Shown piece after piece: positions 14,291 to 25,468 of a stretch of DNA of 64,000 bases; the first letter of the stretch is position 1; each line of letters begins with the position of its first letter. The translations under genes and the position numbers were made by a program. The stretch is from Raillietiella orientalis (Eukaryota): contig JAYWIR010000005.1 of assembly GCA_036172245.1 (NCBI GenBank), positions 2,294,001 through 2,358,000 of the forward strand. The letters are read 5' to 3'. A model generated the notes under the pieces. The model was given only the letters and a program-made list of their open reading frames with translations. It was not told the origin of the DNA and ran no database searches.

Positions 14291-16199
14291 AAATTCACTG
14301 ACTGGATGCCCGAAGACGAACCTTTAAAGTGAAAACCAGTGAGATTGACCAACACTTGTAGGAATGAAAGTTGAAAATAAATTCACTCCACCGCATGACA
14401 GACTGGGGAAAACTGGGAGGTTGTGCATGCACAACGAAGTGCTGCTGCAAGTCGGCAGCAAACCAGATTAAATAAACGGACAGGAGCTTTTCCCTTCCTT
14501 CCCCATCTCCAATCCTAAAACAAGTCAGAACATTTCGCTAATTCTTTCATCTTACGTCGATTAGACTACATGTGTAGAGTAACTCCATCTTTTCAACTTT
14601 CGGCTCAGATTTTCGGGGATTTCTAGCAAGTCTTTTGCATTATGTGTTTTTCGTATTTCAAAGCTTTCATTCCTCTTTGTTTCCTTGTTTTCCTACAGCG
14701 CTTCCATAACCCGCAGTTTATATTTCATTCTAGGACTTCGTTGTGCACTTTCCAGCTGCAAATTGTAACACTTGATAGTGAGCTTCCCACTCTAGAATGC
14801 TCCCTACAAACACACCTTGAAAGCCAAATAATCACACCATGCTCAATTTGCTAACCTTCCCTCACCGATGTGCAACAGGATCATTTTTCCAATGAGACCT
14901 ACGTTTCCCATTAGAATTCAAGTTCTCCCTGGCAGCGGCACAACGGACATTCTCGTAGTTTCTAAACATTTGCAAACACACCTATGCACGTGGGTGTACT
15001 GGTGTACATAGAGTGCACCATTGACTTCAGTACGAATTAGACTTTGAGGATCTCTTTCAGGATAAATGAAGTCATTTTTTACTGAAAGGAATTTTTTCGA
15101 AAACAAAGGGGGTGATTCAGAATACTCAAGAACTGAGACGAAATCGTTTAACTTGCTCAGTTTCCGATATACACTGCTACCTAGATGCTCAAAAGCTAAA
15201 CACATAATTCAACTAAATACAAGTGCACAGATACTGTTTAGACTGAATGTTGATAAAATTTTGAGAGAGTGTGGAAGTTTTTCATAAGGCAACGACCTTA
15301 GAAGTGCTAAGCACGGGTTAGTTTTTTTCACTTTTTCACTTTAGTCTTAGCATCAGATGAATAAAGTCTTTCCCAAGAAATGGAAGGACTAAATCGTCTC
15401 CCTCATGTTGTGGATTCAAAAGACTTTTTCGTATGCTTGATACTAAAAGTGATTGTGTTCCGAGACTATTCAAAGTCAACATAAGCATTAATACGCGCCC
15501 TTTACGCACATCTTCATCCCCGGAAAAATCCCTCCTAATATATTCAAATTCATATGGATTGCTGGAGAGTTTACATCGTAAATGAATTCCTTAAGGATTC
15601 CGCCTTTTCATCTGCTGTAAATTTCGAAGATACAGCGAAGACTTTCTCAGTAGAATCAGCAGGAAATTTTGAAATGTTGGATCATTCTTGAGTATTATTA
15701 AAAACAGAATTAGGGAAAATTAATCTAGATAATGGAAGAAATCATGCATGCGTCTTTAAACAAGAGAAAACAGGTGACCTAGCTCTAAGAATCAAATTTG
15801 CAGGCAACTTCTTTTAAGAAGGTAAGAATAAGTATCTAGAACATGTAAACCGAAGCTGTTTGCCAACCTTTCTTGAAAACATGGAAGCTCTCACTCGAAA
15901 AAGAAATCAAATAGTTCTCGCGATTCAGACATGATGTGAAACACCATACTTTTGAAAAGAGCTGCTAGGTGTTATTTTAGTTACATACTTTGCAAACACA
16001 GACTTCACACGAGCAAGCATTTTGGGGCAAATGAACTGATTTCTATGTTCAAAGACGGCAACCCAAAACATTATAAAACAGCAAAAGCAAGGAGGCAGGA
16101 AAACCGGTGCACCAGGACGGGACCTCGTCCCGTCTCTTCCAAGGGGAGCTTCTCCTGGTGTCGGTAGACGAGGAGCGGCTCGCCTTCCACCTCTTGGCC

Positions 16200-18351
16200 G
16201 AAGTGGACGAGAAGCCGCTGCCGCTGCTGCCCGCGCCGCAGGCAGCAGCGTAGTCCTGGTGGACTTGGGGGACGGGAAGCTGTTTGTCCTCTTCCGCAAG
16301 AGGAGTGCAGCCACCTTCCGGGAGCTCGCCTGCCGGCTCCACCCGGCGTCCTCGGCGACCGAAGACGTCGCCTTCCTGGAAGAGCGCAAAGGCGGAGGCG
16401 AGAGCTGCTTGGAGAGTCTGTTGAAGGTGGCGGAGGAGTGCCACGGGACCCCGAATTCATAAACGCCTGCTGCGCGGACGGCTGCTGATTTCCACAGAGC
16501 CCTAAGAAATACAAGGCGCCTTCTTCGTCCACGGGTACGATGGAGGAGACCATATTCGCCGGTTCGATCCAGCTCGACTTTGAGGACGACTCTCGGGCCC
16601 CGAGGGTCGCAGACCGGGAAGCTGTTCGATCTGGAACACGCTATCGCCAGTCTTAGGCGGGAATTCAGTCTTCCTGCGCATCTTGAGACCGGAGCAGATT
16701 GTCCACTCTGCGCTGATGTTCCGAAAGGTCCTCTAGAGGAAGATCCTGAGGTGGACGCCACCCTCAACGACCTACTGGTAAACGGGGACTAGCTGCTGTG
16801 GTCTTCCCACTCTAAGGGTAGGCGTTCCGTGGGAGTGGGGAACCTGACCGTCTCCAGCACCATCAAAGGGATCTTTCCGGACGATCTCATAGACGTCAGC
16901 TGTGGTGGTGTACGATCACGGGGCTGCTTAGGTATGCAAACGTCGCTGTCCTCGGGGACGTGGAGGTCGCCTCAGGAACCCCTCTCAATTAACTCTACTA
17001 AGAGGACGCCATATGGACGGACGTGCCTTACCAGCAGGTCTCCGGCCCGAGGACCTGGGAAGCCCGAGTGCTCGGCGACTTCGTAGTCTTCGGGACCGTG
17101 AATGAGATGCACCTGCAAGAGTAGTCCGAGTCGGTAATCATGCTCGACGTCTACCAGGAACTGTTCGGAAACTAGGTACTTTCGAGGTGGACTTCCTCAA
17201 CGGTGTGCCTCTGTATGGTTTCCTCGATTCCATGAGGACGATGGCTTTCTCGGAGGCACTAGATTGTTCGCAGCTGCCATCGAGTTAATCGAGACCAGAC
17301 CATAGGCAGCCTTTCCAGAGTAGTGAAGCTACTTCCTCGTCCGATCCTGAAACCAGGAGCTGCTCGCGAGCTTCGCATTCCCTCCCGTGTTTATGCTAGG
17401 AGCGCTGCTCTGTGACCGTCTGAACGGCATGAGATTCAGCGAGGACGTCGTGAGTGCCCAACCTCGTTTCAAGAAACATCGTATTCGCAGCGCTCATCAT
17501 TGTGGCTCCAGGCAACCCACTGTGGTTCATGGGGACCGCGTCTTCAAGGATGACATGCTCTTCAGAGGTTCCGCACGCATGCAAGAAGTCAAAGGGTACG
17601 TTCTCACCTCGCTCGCTCGCACTTACATGGTGAAGTAAGAACCCCAGCTGGTCAACGACGATGTGACGCTTCTGGGCACCGCAGTCTTCGAGAACGATCT
17701 GGTGACTCACAGCATCTGCAAGCATCTGAAGGAGAACTTCGTGATCCAGGACAATGATGTGATCATCACGGGAAGGTTGTCTTTTGAGGATGCCGTAGAG
17801 AACGCGACGACCGCACCCGTGACCATCGTCAACGGAGTGTTGGTGGACTGGGTAGGCCTCTCAGTCCTTTACCACGGCGCCCACTTCTTGCACGAGAGGT
17901 GGTCCGTCCAAGGGTCGATGACGTTCCTGGAATCGGTGCACCTCCATGAGGAGGTCTTAGTGCACGAACGCGTTAACGGCGTCGAGCTGAGCTGCTCTGT
18001 CACACAGCTGGATGGAGAAGTCGAAGTGTCAGGTTCCAAGAGGACGAGGAAATGCTCTGCACGAGACTGCTCGTGACGAGCGACTTCTTGGAGCAGAGGG
18101 TGGGCGGCGTCGACTTTGACAAGCTCGCGTGGAAATATGTTTTCGTTGAGGAACTCGTGGTTGCGCACGGGAGAGTCAGGCTAGAGGACTTCGATGCGGA
18201 CGTTGTCTACGTGAGAGAGATTGGTGACCTTCCCCTTAGGTCCTGCTACCACCTCCTGTTTGGCCCAGCCGGCACCTACAACACGCTGGTGGTACAAGAA
18301 GACGCAGTCTTCGGCGAATCCCTGCTTGTCTCCGGAACCGTCATAAGCTAA
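16200..18351 (+). pseudogene. Pseudogenised large exon of a beta-strand repeat protein, resembling arthropod Polehole/Nasrat/Closca-type vitelline proteins
   Basis: Consecutive broken ORFs (16259, 16580, 17387, 17663, 18052) with recurring VNGV-x(n)-I/V-x-G-xxx-F units: DVIITGRLSFEDAV, IVNGVLVD, SVQGSMTFLESV, RVNGVEL, RVGGVDF. Family assignment is from recalled repeat pattern only. Confidence 0.5.
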
Positions 18352-19456
18352 GAGAGACAAAATGAGTTCTTTCTCAATATTAGCAAATTCAATTCTGAAC
18401 TAACAGATATATGTATCCTGTTCTCCTAGATTACATGAAACTCATGAAAGATTACATGAAAGATTTTTAGGTATGCTTGATAAAAACCTCAAAAAAAAAA
18501 AAAAAAAAAACGCAAGCAAAATCGACGCATAGAATCATTTCCAATTCTATTTTCACGGAAGAAGTATTGCTTTTTAGTCTCTTTAAGAATTGTTTCGTAC
18601 GGCTTAACAGAAAATGTGGAGATGTAAATCCAGAAAGTTGCTTTACTGACTTTCCAAGAAAAAACAGCGCAGTCTGACGCATTGAAAATTAGTAGAAACC
18701 AATTCCCTCATTGCAGAGGATCAATCAGATTTTGCAAACCAGAGTTCAATCCAGCTAAGACATTACTGTTTTCTCCTCTTTGTGAGGTTTGTGAAGTGAT
18801 GAAAAAGTCAGTAATTGAGAACTGCTTTCTCCTTAAAGTTGGTCTTTGACAAGCTAACTGACAGATTTTCTAATATGCGTATGGCGATCCAGAGACATTC
18901 CAATATGTATTTCCAGACCTATATCTGGAATAGAAGGGCAATAATTATGACAAGCATGATCCAACACCGAAACCAAAATCAAACGTGTGGACTAATAAAT
19001 ACCTGCTTTTGAGAGCATGTGATTGCAATCGATATTCCAGTAAAGCAGTTCCTACTGCATATGAACTGAATATTACAGTGAAAAGGACCCTCTGCCAAGG
19101 TTACTTTTCGAAAGTGAATTTCCAGGTTCATTTCTGGAACGTCTATGGGAAATACAGATTATTAAGTGTTGGCAATGCTGACAGGAATGAACAAAGAGGA
19201 AACTGTGAACCATCTTCTGGGCGCATGCTGACAGTTCAAAAGTATGGAGTAAGCGAATTGGTAGTGGAAGGGGAATCCTTTGGAGTATTGAACAGGCAAA
19301 ATATTACATGAATAAACTGTTCCCGTTCATATTGAAGACTGGATATAGTCATGGTTTTGTGTGGAGAAATGGACGTCTAGTATTCAAGCAAAGGTAGGAT
19401 TGCCTGGAGTGATAAGCGTGGAAAGCTAAATGGTATGGACGTTCTTATGGAGGCGC

Positions 19457-19566
19457 GCTTTCTTATGGTTTCGCTTTCGTATGGTTTCGCTTTCGTACGG
19501 TTTCGCTTTCGTACGGTTTCGCTTTCGTACGGTTTCGCTTTCGTACGGTTTCGCTTTCGTACGGTT
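19457..19566. repeat. Minisatellite, 16-bp unit GCTTTCGTACGGTTTC, about 6.9 copies
   Basis: Directly visible. The first two units carry variants (TTATGG, GTATGG). Confidence 0.95.
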
Positions 19567-21435
19567 ACATAGAATATTTTATTCCTAAACTCTTCCAGTA
19601 GAATGTTAATATTGTTCAGTAACTATTGAGAGTGGTGGGATATGGCAGAGTTTCTACTGACCCGCTGTTAACATGTGAGTAGTTTTCCAATGTGTTTGTT
19701 AGTGCGGGTAGGAAGGTTTCATTGATCTAAATTTTAATGAAATTGATTACTGTTTCATCTCATTGAGAGAGCTACAAGCAGAGTGGCAGATTTAATTCAG
19801 GTGATTCCAAGAACACTGGTTTTCCTATTTTGAGCGAATCCCAAAAGATTTTCTCAGAACAGCAATTCACTTTTGTTATTTCCTAAATTTTTTCTTTGTA
19901 TTACACATTTCTTATGTGAGAAATGTAGTTTTCTTGCATAGCAGTGATGGGTGTTTGATAGCATTTGGTTTCACAGGCCTGTAAGTTTGTGTTGTAAGTT
20001 TTGCTTATATTGTGCGCACATGTTTGAATGTGGTAAGGGTGGTTTCTTCAGTATATCAACCAAAAACGCGCAGAGTTAGGTTGGATGTAATGTTGAATCC
20101 ATTTCTGCATGAAATGGTTAGAGCTTGAGGATCCTAATGTTGGTCTTATGCTGCTTACTTTTTGTTTCTGATTGGATAGATAGTTTAAAGGTATGCTGTG
20201 TTATCTATCTGTCAAATAAGCTTATTTTTATATGAAAACAGAAAGTGGAGTGGGTTACAATGAATTGAGATAGTGGCATACCTGATCTGTAAAAGGTAGT
20301 GAACAAGAGAGACTTAGTGTACTAACCATCAGAATTTCGCCAAAACTGTGAGTACACATAAACTGTTTCACTTTGTCCATAGAATGCAGATGTTTGCAGT
20401 GACTTGTAAGGTAGGAATTCTGGCAGCATTTCAAATTACTCTTATCTGAGAACTGATTACAGTTTACATTTAAAGTGTGGTAAAGGAAAATGTAGTTGAT
20501 TGAGGAATGCGTCGGTGAAAATTTACAAAGAGCTTTTTGTTCCTTGCAAAAATAATTCAAAGTAATCTCATCAGAAATTATGACATACCTTGTAACCATA
20601 AAAACTGGTGTGGTGCAGGATTGTGGAACAGTCTGAGACATGGTACGAAATTTTTCTTGCCTTTGGTTTTTAGAGACCAAAACTATGCATCCATTTTTTT
20701 TTTAATTGTAAGCTGTGCTGGGTAGGCTTTCTTTTTTGTGTTGCCAATGATAAGTGCATGTCTGTACAAACAGTGATGCCCACATCTTCTACTTTAGGGT
20801 TGTGCATACCCCTCCTTGAGGTGGGGTTTGGCACAGAGCTTTTGTTTATCCCATCTCAGCATTGCAATGAATCAGAATTTTAATTTGAGATTCGGAATTA
20901 TTCAAAGTATTTTTGAGTATACTGCATGTGAAATGAACGGTAAGGATTTGGTATTAATTTTCTGCATTTGGACTGGGAATACTCAAATTATGCAGTTCTT
21001 TGCTGATAAATTTTTGTGCATATGATTTTTCCGACAGCTTATCTCTCGGTAGTTTCTGACAGGTAGTTTTGGCTTGTTTATGGAATGCACACAGATGAGG
21101 AATTTTCATATACTAGGTCAGCTAAATGCATGATGTGCATCATACGATAAAGTAAATATATAATATGAATAAAGAAATTAATAATATTAATCCGTTGGAG
21201 TTCCCACACATCAAAGTAGTGGGGAAGATTGTGTTCGGTCTTCCTGCTGGGGAAACGACTGTTTAAAGTTACAAACCAAAAATATTTTTTTCGCCGAGAT
21301 CCTTGATGTGGTCCAAACTTGCTTAGTTTCCACTCTTGCACTCAATTGTAAACTGGGAGCGAGGCCACATTATCTGCAAGGTACAAAAAGGATTTCTTTC
21401 ATATGATGGGGTGTTGTAGCTGAACTTATTTCTTT

Positions 21436-21487
21436 GTTGCAAACCCAGGTCGGGGTGCATCTATTTCAAATAAAAATGAATTGTGTT
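21436..21487 (-). mobile_element. Isolated 3' terminus of a Tx1-like element
   Basis: Minus strand TTTGAAATAGATGCACCCCGACCTGGGTTTGCAAC matches the family 3' end. Its last 10 nt (GGTTTGCAAC) are identical to the end of element K at 59482-59491. Confidence 0.55.
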
Positions 21488-22513
21488 GAACATCCACGAC
21501 CTCCATCCGGATGACAGCTGCACCAGAAAGACAAAGGGACCGCGCGGAGTAAACCAGGATTCATATTGAGCGTCTTGCTATTTAATATATCTATTTAACC
21601 AGTACTGCGCGAGTGCAAATCCAAATGTCAACAGGACTGGATAGCATATGCAGGCTATTTCGCCCGAATGGCTCTGAAGATTATCCGAATGACTAGAAGG
21701 ACAGTCACACTTTCTTCAAAATCTCTGCAAGAAAATCATCCTCATAAATCGAAAGTGCCCCACGTTACACGCAAGTTCTGTCTCAAGAGGCGCCCCTGCA
21801 TCGGCAGCCTATTCAAAGGATCAAAACTATCAATACTAGACATGCGGTGACAACTGCATACCCGGCGACTGAGAGGTTTACAGTTTTGTGTGCTATTATA
21901 GATGGTCCTCCACATGGTAGAGTGGGTCCGTTTATCCGTTGACGTGGTAAACCCTGTCCCCAACTCGTTAGCTTGCCAAGACCAAGCGACGGTGGTCTGG
22001 CCTACACAGACCCGTACCGTGGATAAAGCTCCCGCGTGGTGGATGTCCTTGCCATGTATGAGGATCCCCTCGAAGCCCTCCAAGTGTGGGTACAACACTG
22101 GGTTGACAAGCTCTTCGGTTATCCTGGTTCCGCTTTTCCTCTCTTCGAAAAGCCTTCGTAGATAACCACCTCTAGCAATGCTCCCTAGACCGCTTTCCTC
22201 CAGTCCATTCGTTATCGACTCCTGCGTCTCAAAATTGTAGACTGTATAGGGATAAGCGACTGCGAAGACCGCTAGCTCGGCGGACCTAGTCTACCGGCCG
22301 ACAATGAGAACCGGGTTCATCCATTCATCGAAGCGACTGACTGATACCTGATAAAAACAGTAACCGGATTCCGATGCCCTTGCTCACCCTTTCTAGTGTT
22401 GACCCAGTTCTCCAGCCAGTGCATACACCGGAGTACCTTTCGGGGACCTCCCTGACTGGGCGTGCTTAACCCCCTTGGTCCCGTTTCTTGACGACCTCAA
22501 CCGTCTAGGGGTA

Positions 22514-22591
22514 CCTTGCTGTTATTACTGTTAACAGTATGAGGGGTGTTCCGAGTTTCCGTCTTTCTCTCGCTAAGCGAAAGACGGAGAC
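22514..22591. promoter_or_regulatory. Candidate viral origin/intergenic hairpins
   Basis: TGTTATTAC (22520-22528, one mismatch to NANTATTAC) overlaps the perfect palindrome TACTGTTAACAGTA (22526-22539). A second stem-loop at 22555-22591 has a 12/13-bp stem and 11-nt loop. Confidence 0.4.
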
Positions 22592-22695
22592 TAAGTTTCG
22601 TTACTAAGCGGAAGAAAGTAAGCATAGAGTCTTAATAATAAGTAATTGTTGTTCACTTATCAGTAGGTAGTCATGTCTACCGAAAGGCGGAGGCT

Positions 22696-23639
22696 ATGCC
22701 GGGCGTCTCCCGAAAGAGGAAGTGAAAGGGAATAAGGAGACGAAAGAATATGAAAAGGGTTAGGTTATTGCGTTCACGCAAGGTGTATCGTGGAAAACGA
22801 AGGTTCAGTAGAAGGATAGCAAGAAGGCACGTACCAAGACCGCTGTCATGGAAATCAAGTTATTTGCGAAGAGCTGTGGAGAGGACATCAATGGCACAGT
22901 GTGCATAATTCAAGTATACGAATGAAGACGGGTGGTAAAGTCAACACAAGTTTTATGTTCATGTACAAGGAATTAGAGGGAGCTATGAGAACACCGTTTG
23001 AGAGTTGCAACATGATGGAGATGTGCTCGTACTTCCAATATGTGAAGGCAATAGGACTTAGGGTGAAGGTGGAGTCTTTAACGTTAGGAATGTCAGGAAG
23101 TACAATGGGTGAAGACTTTGGATTGAAGATATCGTACCGTAATTTATTAATATTGGAGCCTGCATACGCTCCTGAAGGAGCGTTTAAGTTTACTGGGAAG
23201 CCTTATAATCAAATCCAGGGTCATTTAAGGAGTTATGAATCAGCTGGGCTTTGGACAAGATATTTTGGTGTAAGAGGGTTGAAGTGGTTCAGCCGCTCCT
23301 CAGTTCGAGAAAAAAAGGAATTAGGAGGTGCTGCAGAGCGATATGTGTATTATAGATGGCCTTGGATGGAATGTGCTCAAGGTGGTGGTCTGGATCCTGA
23401 GACCTACGGGATAATATACATATCCCGTAGTATACATATTTGTATATTATCCCTGGTCGTATACATATTTTGAAGCATATGTCTGGGCAGGAAATTCCTG
23501 CCCAGACGACTTCAAGGATGGTAGCCAGTCTGGAGTGTATCCAGATGTGGGAACACTGAAAGCTGGAATGCCTGTGTACAAGGTCACTCAAAAACTGTAT
23601 CTAGCGTTTAAGGGAAATAGAGACAAAGGTTTATATTGA
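22696..23639 (+). pseudogene. cap: CRESS virus capsid protein, disrupted
   Basis: Arg/Lys-rich N-terminus MPGVSRKRK*KGIRRRKNMKRVRLLRSRKVYRGKRRFSRRIARR. Core YFQYVKAIGLRVKV...WTRYF..YGIIY. C-terminus VYKVTQKLYLAFKG is like circovirus-type Caps. Contains stops and frameshifts. Confidence 0.8.
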
Positions 23640-23782
23640 GAAGTTCTTTGATTTTCATCTAGATACACCGGGTTCGTCGATTGGAGCAGGGACCAAGTCT
23701 ACTGAGCAAGGCTTGGTCTATGGGAGAATCGAACCGACATCATTCATTGTCCATGATGTTTTTCGTCTGTTTGTGGGAATGT

Positions 23783-24667
23783 CTAATCGTTGATGACCCA
23801 TCTGTCTTGGGAAAGTTTGCTGAGGTCTGGTTCTTAATTAGACATAACTATAACGTGGGTGGTGTCAGTATTTTATGCTTCCTTGGTACTTGGGTCGAAC
23901 AAAATACCGTTTTTAATGGTTTCGATAAAACCATATTGGACAAGCTCTTTGTTGTCTCTTGTGAAGTCGACAACAATAATAGGTTCACCGTTGTATAAGT
24001 GAGCCACATCTGCCTTCTTGCAAGATTGCATGTATATTGCTTTCATCCTTAAAAATAAATACTTCGCAAAGGTCGTTTTGCCGGCATTGCCTCTAGAGTC
24101 TTTGACCCAGTAGATGTTTCTTTGATAGGGAGGATTTCGCAACATGTCAAGGATATCCATTTTCCATTCGCGTAGTCGAAGTGTTGCCATGGGATTGGGT
24201 GAGGTTTCATTTCGGAACACTATAGCACTCCTTGATGAAGTTGTGTTGTTTATGTTGCTGCTCTAAAATCTGGTATGATGTTCGATGATGTACTTGTCTT
24301 GGACTCTGGATTTGACGAGATCGAGCATCTGAGAAAATGAAATGGTTATGTACTAATGGTTTACCTTTTTTTCGTATGAGTCCTGGCTGTTATCTTCTGA
24401 TATAGCTCCGTATACCCATGGCGAGGCATCTTTGGAACAATATCGGAGGTTGCTTTCTGCTGATCCATTTGCTTTTTCGAGGTGTGCTTTTCCGAATGGT
24501 GGTCTTCTGATTTGTGGCATTATTCTTGCTTCGATGAGTTTGCGGTACCCTTGCAGATGATGCGTACCATAATCACCGATCTCTTTTGCGTCAACTGCGT
24601 AGGAGCACTGCGTTCGACACCAGTTCTTAACGGCGATAATGTCATCTTGCTTGTATTTGTGGATAGT
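23783..24667 (-). pseudogene. rep: CRESS virus Rep (HUH endonuclease + SF3 helicase), nanovirus/alphasatellite-like, disrupted
   Basis: Motif I remnant TIHKY, motif II HHLQGY, motif III YCSK, Walker A GNAGKTT, Walker B IIVVDF, YGFIETIKNG, motif C HVIVMSN, LSQDRW. Confidence 0.93.
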
Positions 24668-24990
24668 CAAGTCAGATTTGACGAAATGTCTCCTCATCAG
24701 CGCCGAGACAGCACCAGAGGGGCTAGCAGTGCAGCGAAGCATTGAAAGAACTCAGTGGACAGGCCATCCTCACCATGTGCTCCTCGTCTCTTGAGTTCCG
24801 CAATGGAAGAAGCTTGCTGCATCGTCATGGGCTCGTCGACACGCGTGCATTCTTCCTTATTGATTGTGGGTGCATCTCCCAGCAGAAACATTTTAGAGAT
24901 AGTTTTTCGTTGGTGCTCTGACAAACAGCGAGCAGTTATGGCGCCTTTCCAAGCGCCGTATGTCGTCTCGGTAGCAAGGGAATCCGACCG
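24668..24990 (-). mobile_element. Tx1-like ORF2 fragment (pre-RT region) abutting the viral Rep
   Basis: DEPMT..LKRRGAHGEDGLSTEFFQCFA..GDI is homologous to DEPFS..LKRRQAPGQDGLPAEFFQCFA..GDV of element K. Confidence 0.88.
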
Positions 24991-25397
24991 AGCGGCTTAA
25001 GTCCGGTGAACTTGTGATAAATAAATTGGAGCCACATAATATTTAGTTCGCGGCACGAGTAGGAAGGCTTCCTTATCGATAAGGTCGCTCAGAATACATC
25101 TTCATATATGACGCTTTTTATCGTGTCATATACCTGAGCAAAGAATGCCTTTGCATTGGACCAGAGCGGTACGGTCTCTCGTGGATCACCAAGAGGGTGG
25201 TGGCCTGCTACAATCCGTGCAGCTCGCTCGGTAAAGTCTACCATACAGAGGCTTTGGGGTGCTGCCTGAAGTCACTAGGGCGATTGGGCTAACAAACGGA
25301 GCTGACGTATCAGCTGTTATCCGCTGCTTCTTCGGTTCGTAAGCGCTTTGAAGCACTGGGTCGTCTGAAGCGGAGTGCTCTTTGCCCTAGTCTTCCA

Positions 25398-25468
25398 GCG
25401 TAGAGGTATCTCCATAGTGCCGCACTTGGCAGGTAGCGGATTGCGTAGAGGTATCTCCATAGTGCCGC
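25398..25468. repeat. Perfect 26-bp direct repeat GCGTAGAGGTATCTCCATAGTGCCGC (25398-25423, 25443-25468)
   Basis: Directly visible. The second copy abuts the 5'-truncated start of element A1. Confidence 0.9.

Larger units (their letters stand above)
21488..24667. mobile_element. Endogenous CRESS-DNA virus, about 3.2 kb, ambisense Cap/Rep
   Basis: Recognisable Rep (-) and Arg-rich Cap (+) converging at about 23.64-23.78 kb, with hairpin-rich DNA upstream of Cap. The left boundary is inferred from a Rep motif I remnant and the adjacent Tx1 end. Confidence 0.85.

Noticed and set aside
19457..19566. CRISPR array
   Set aside because: Head-to-tail repeats with no spacers, no cas genes, and a eukaryotic context.
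24353..24742. Functional LINE-Rep fusion protein
   Set aside because: The ORF crosses the junction, but its start is out of frame with the LINE fragment and Rep is broken downstream.
25398..25468. Mini CRISPR or LTR pair
   Set aside because: Only two 26-bp copies with a 19-nt gap; no TG..CA ends, PBS or integrase.
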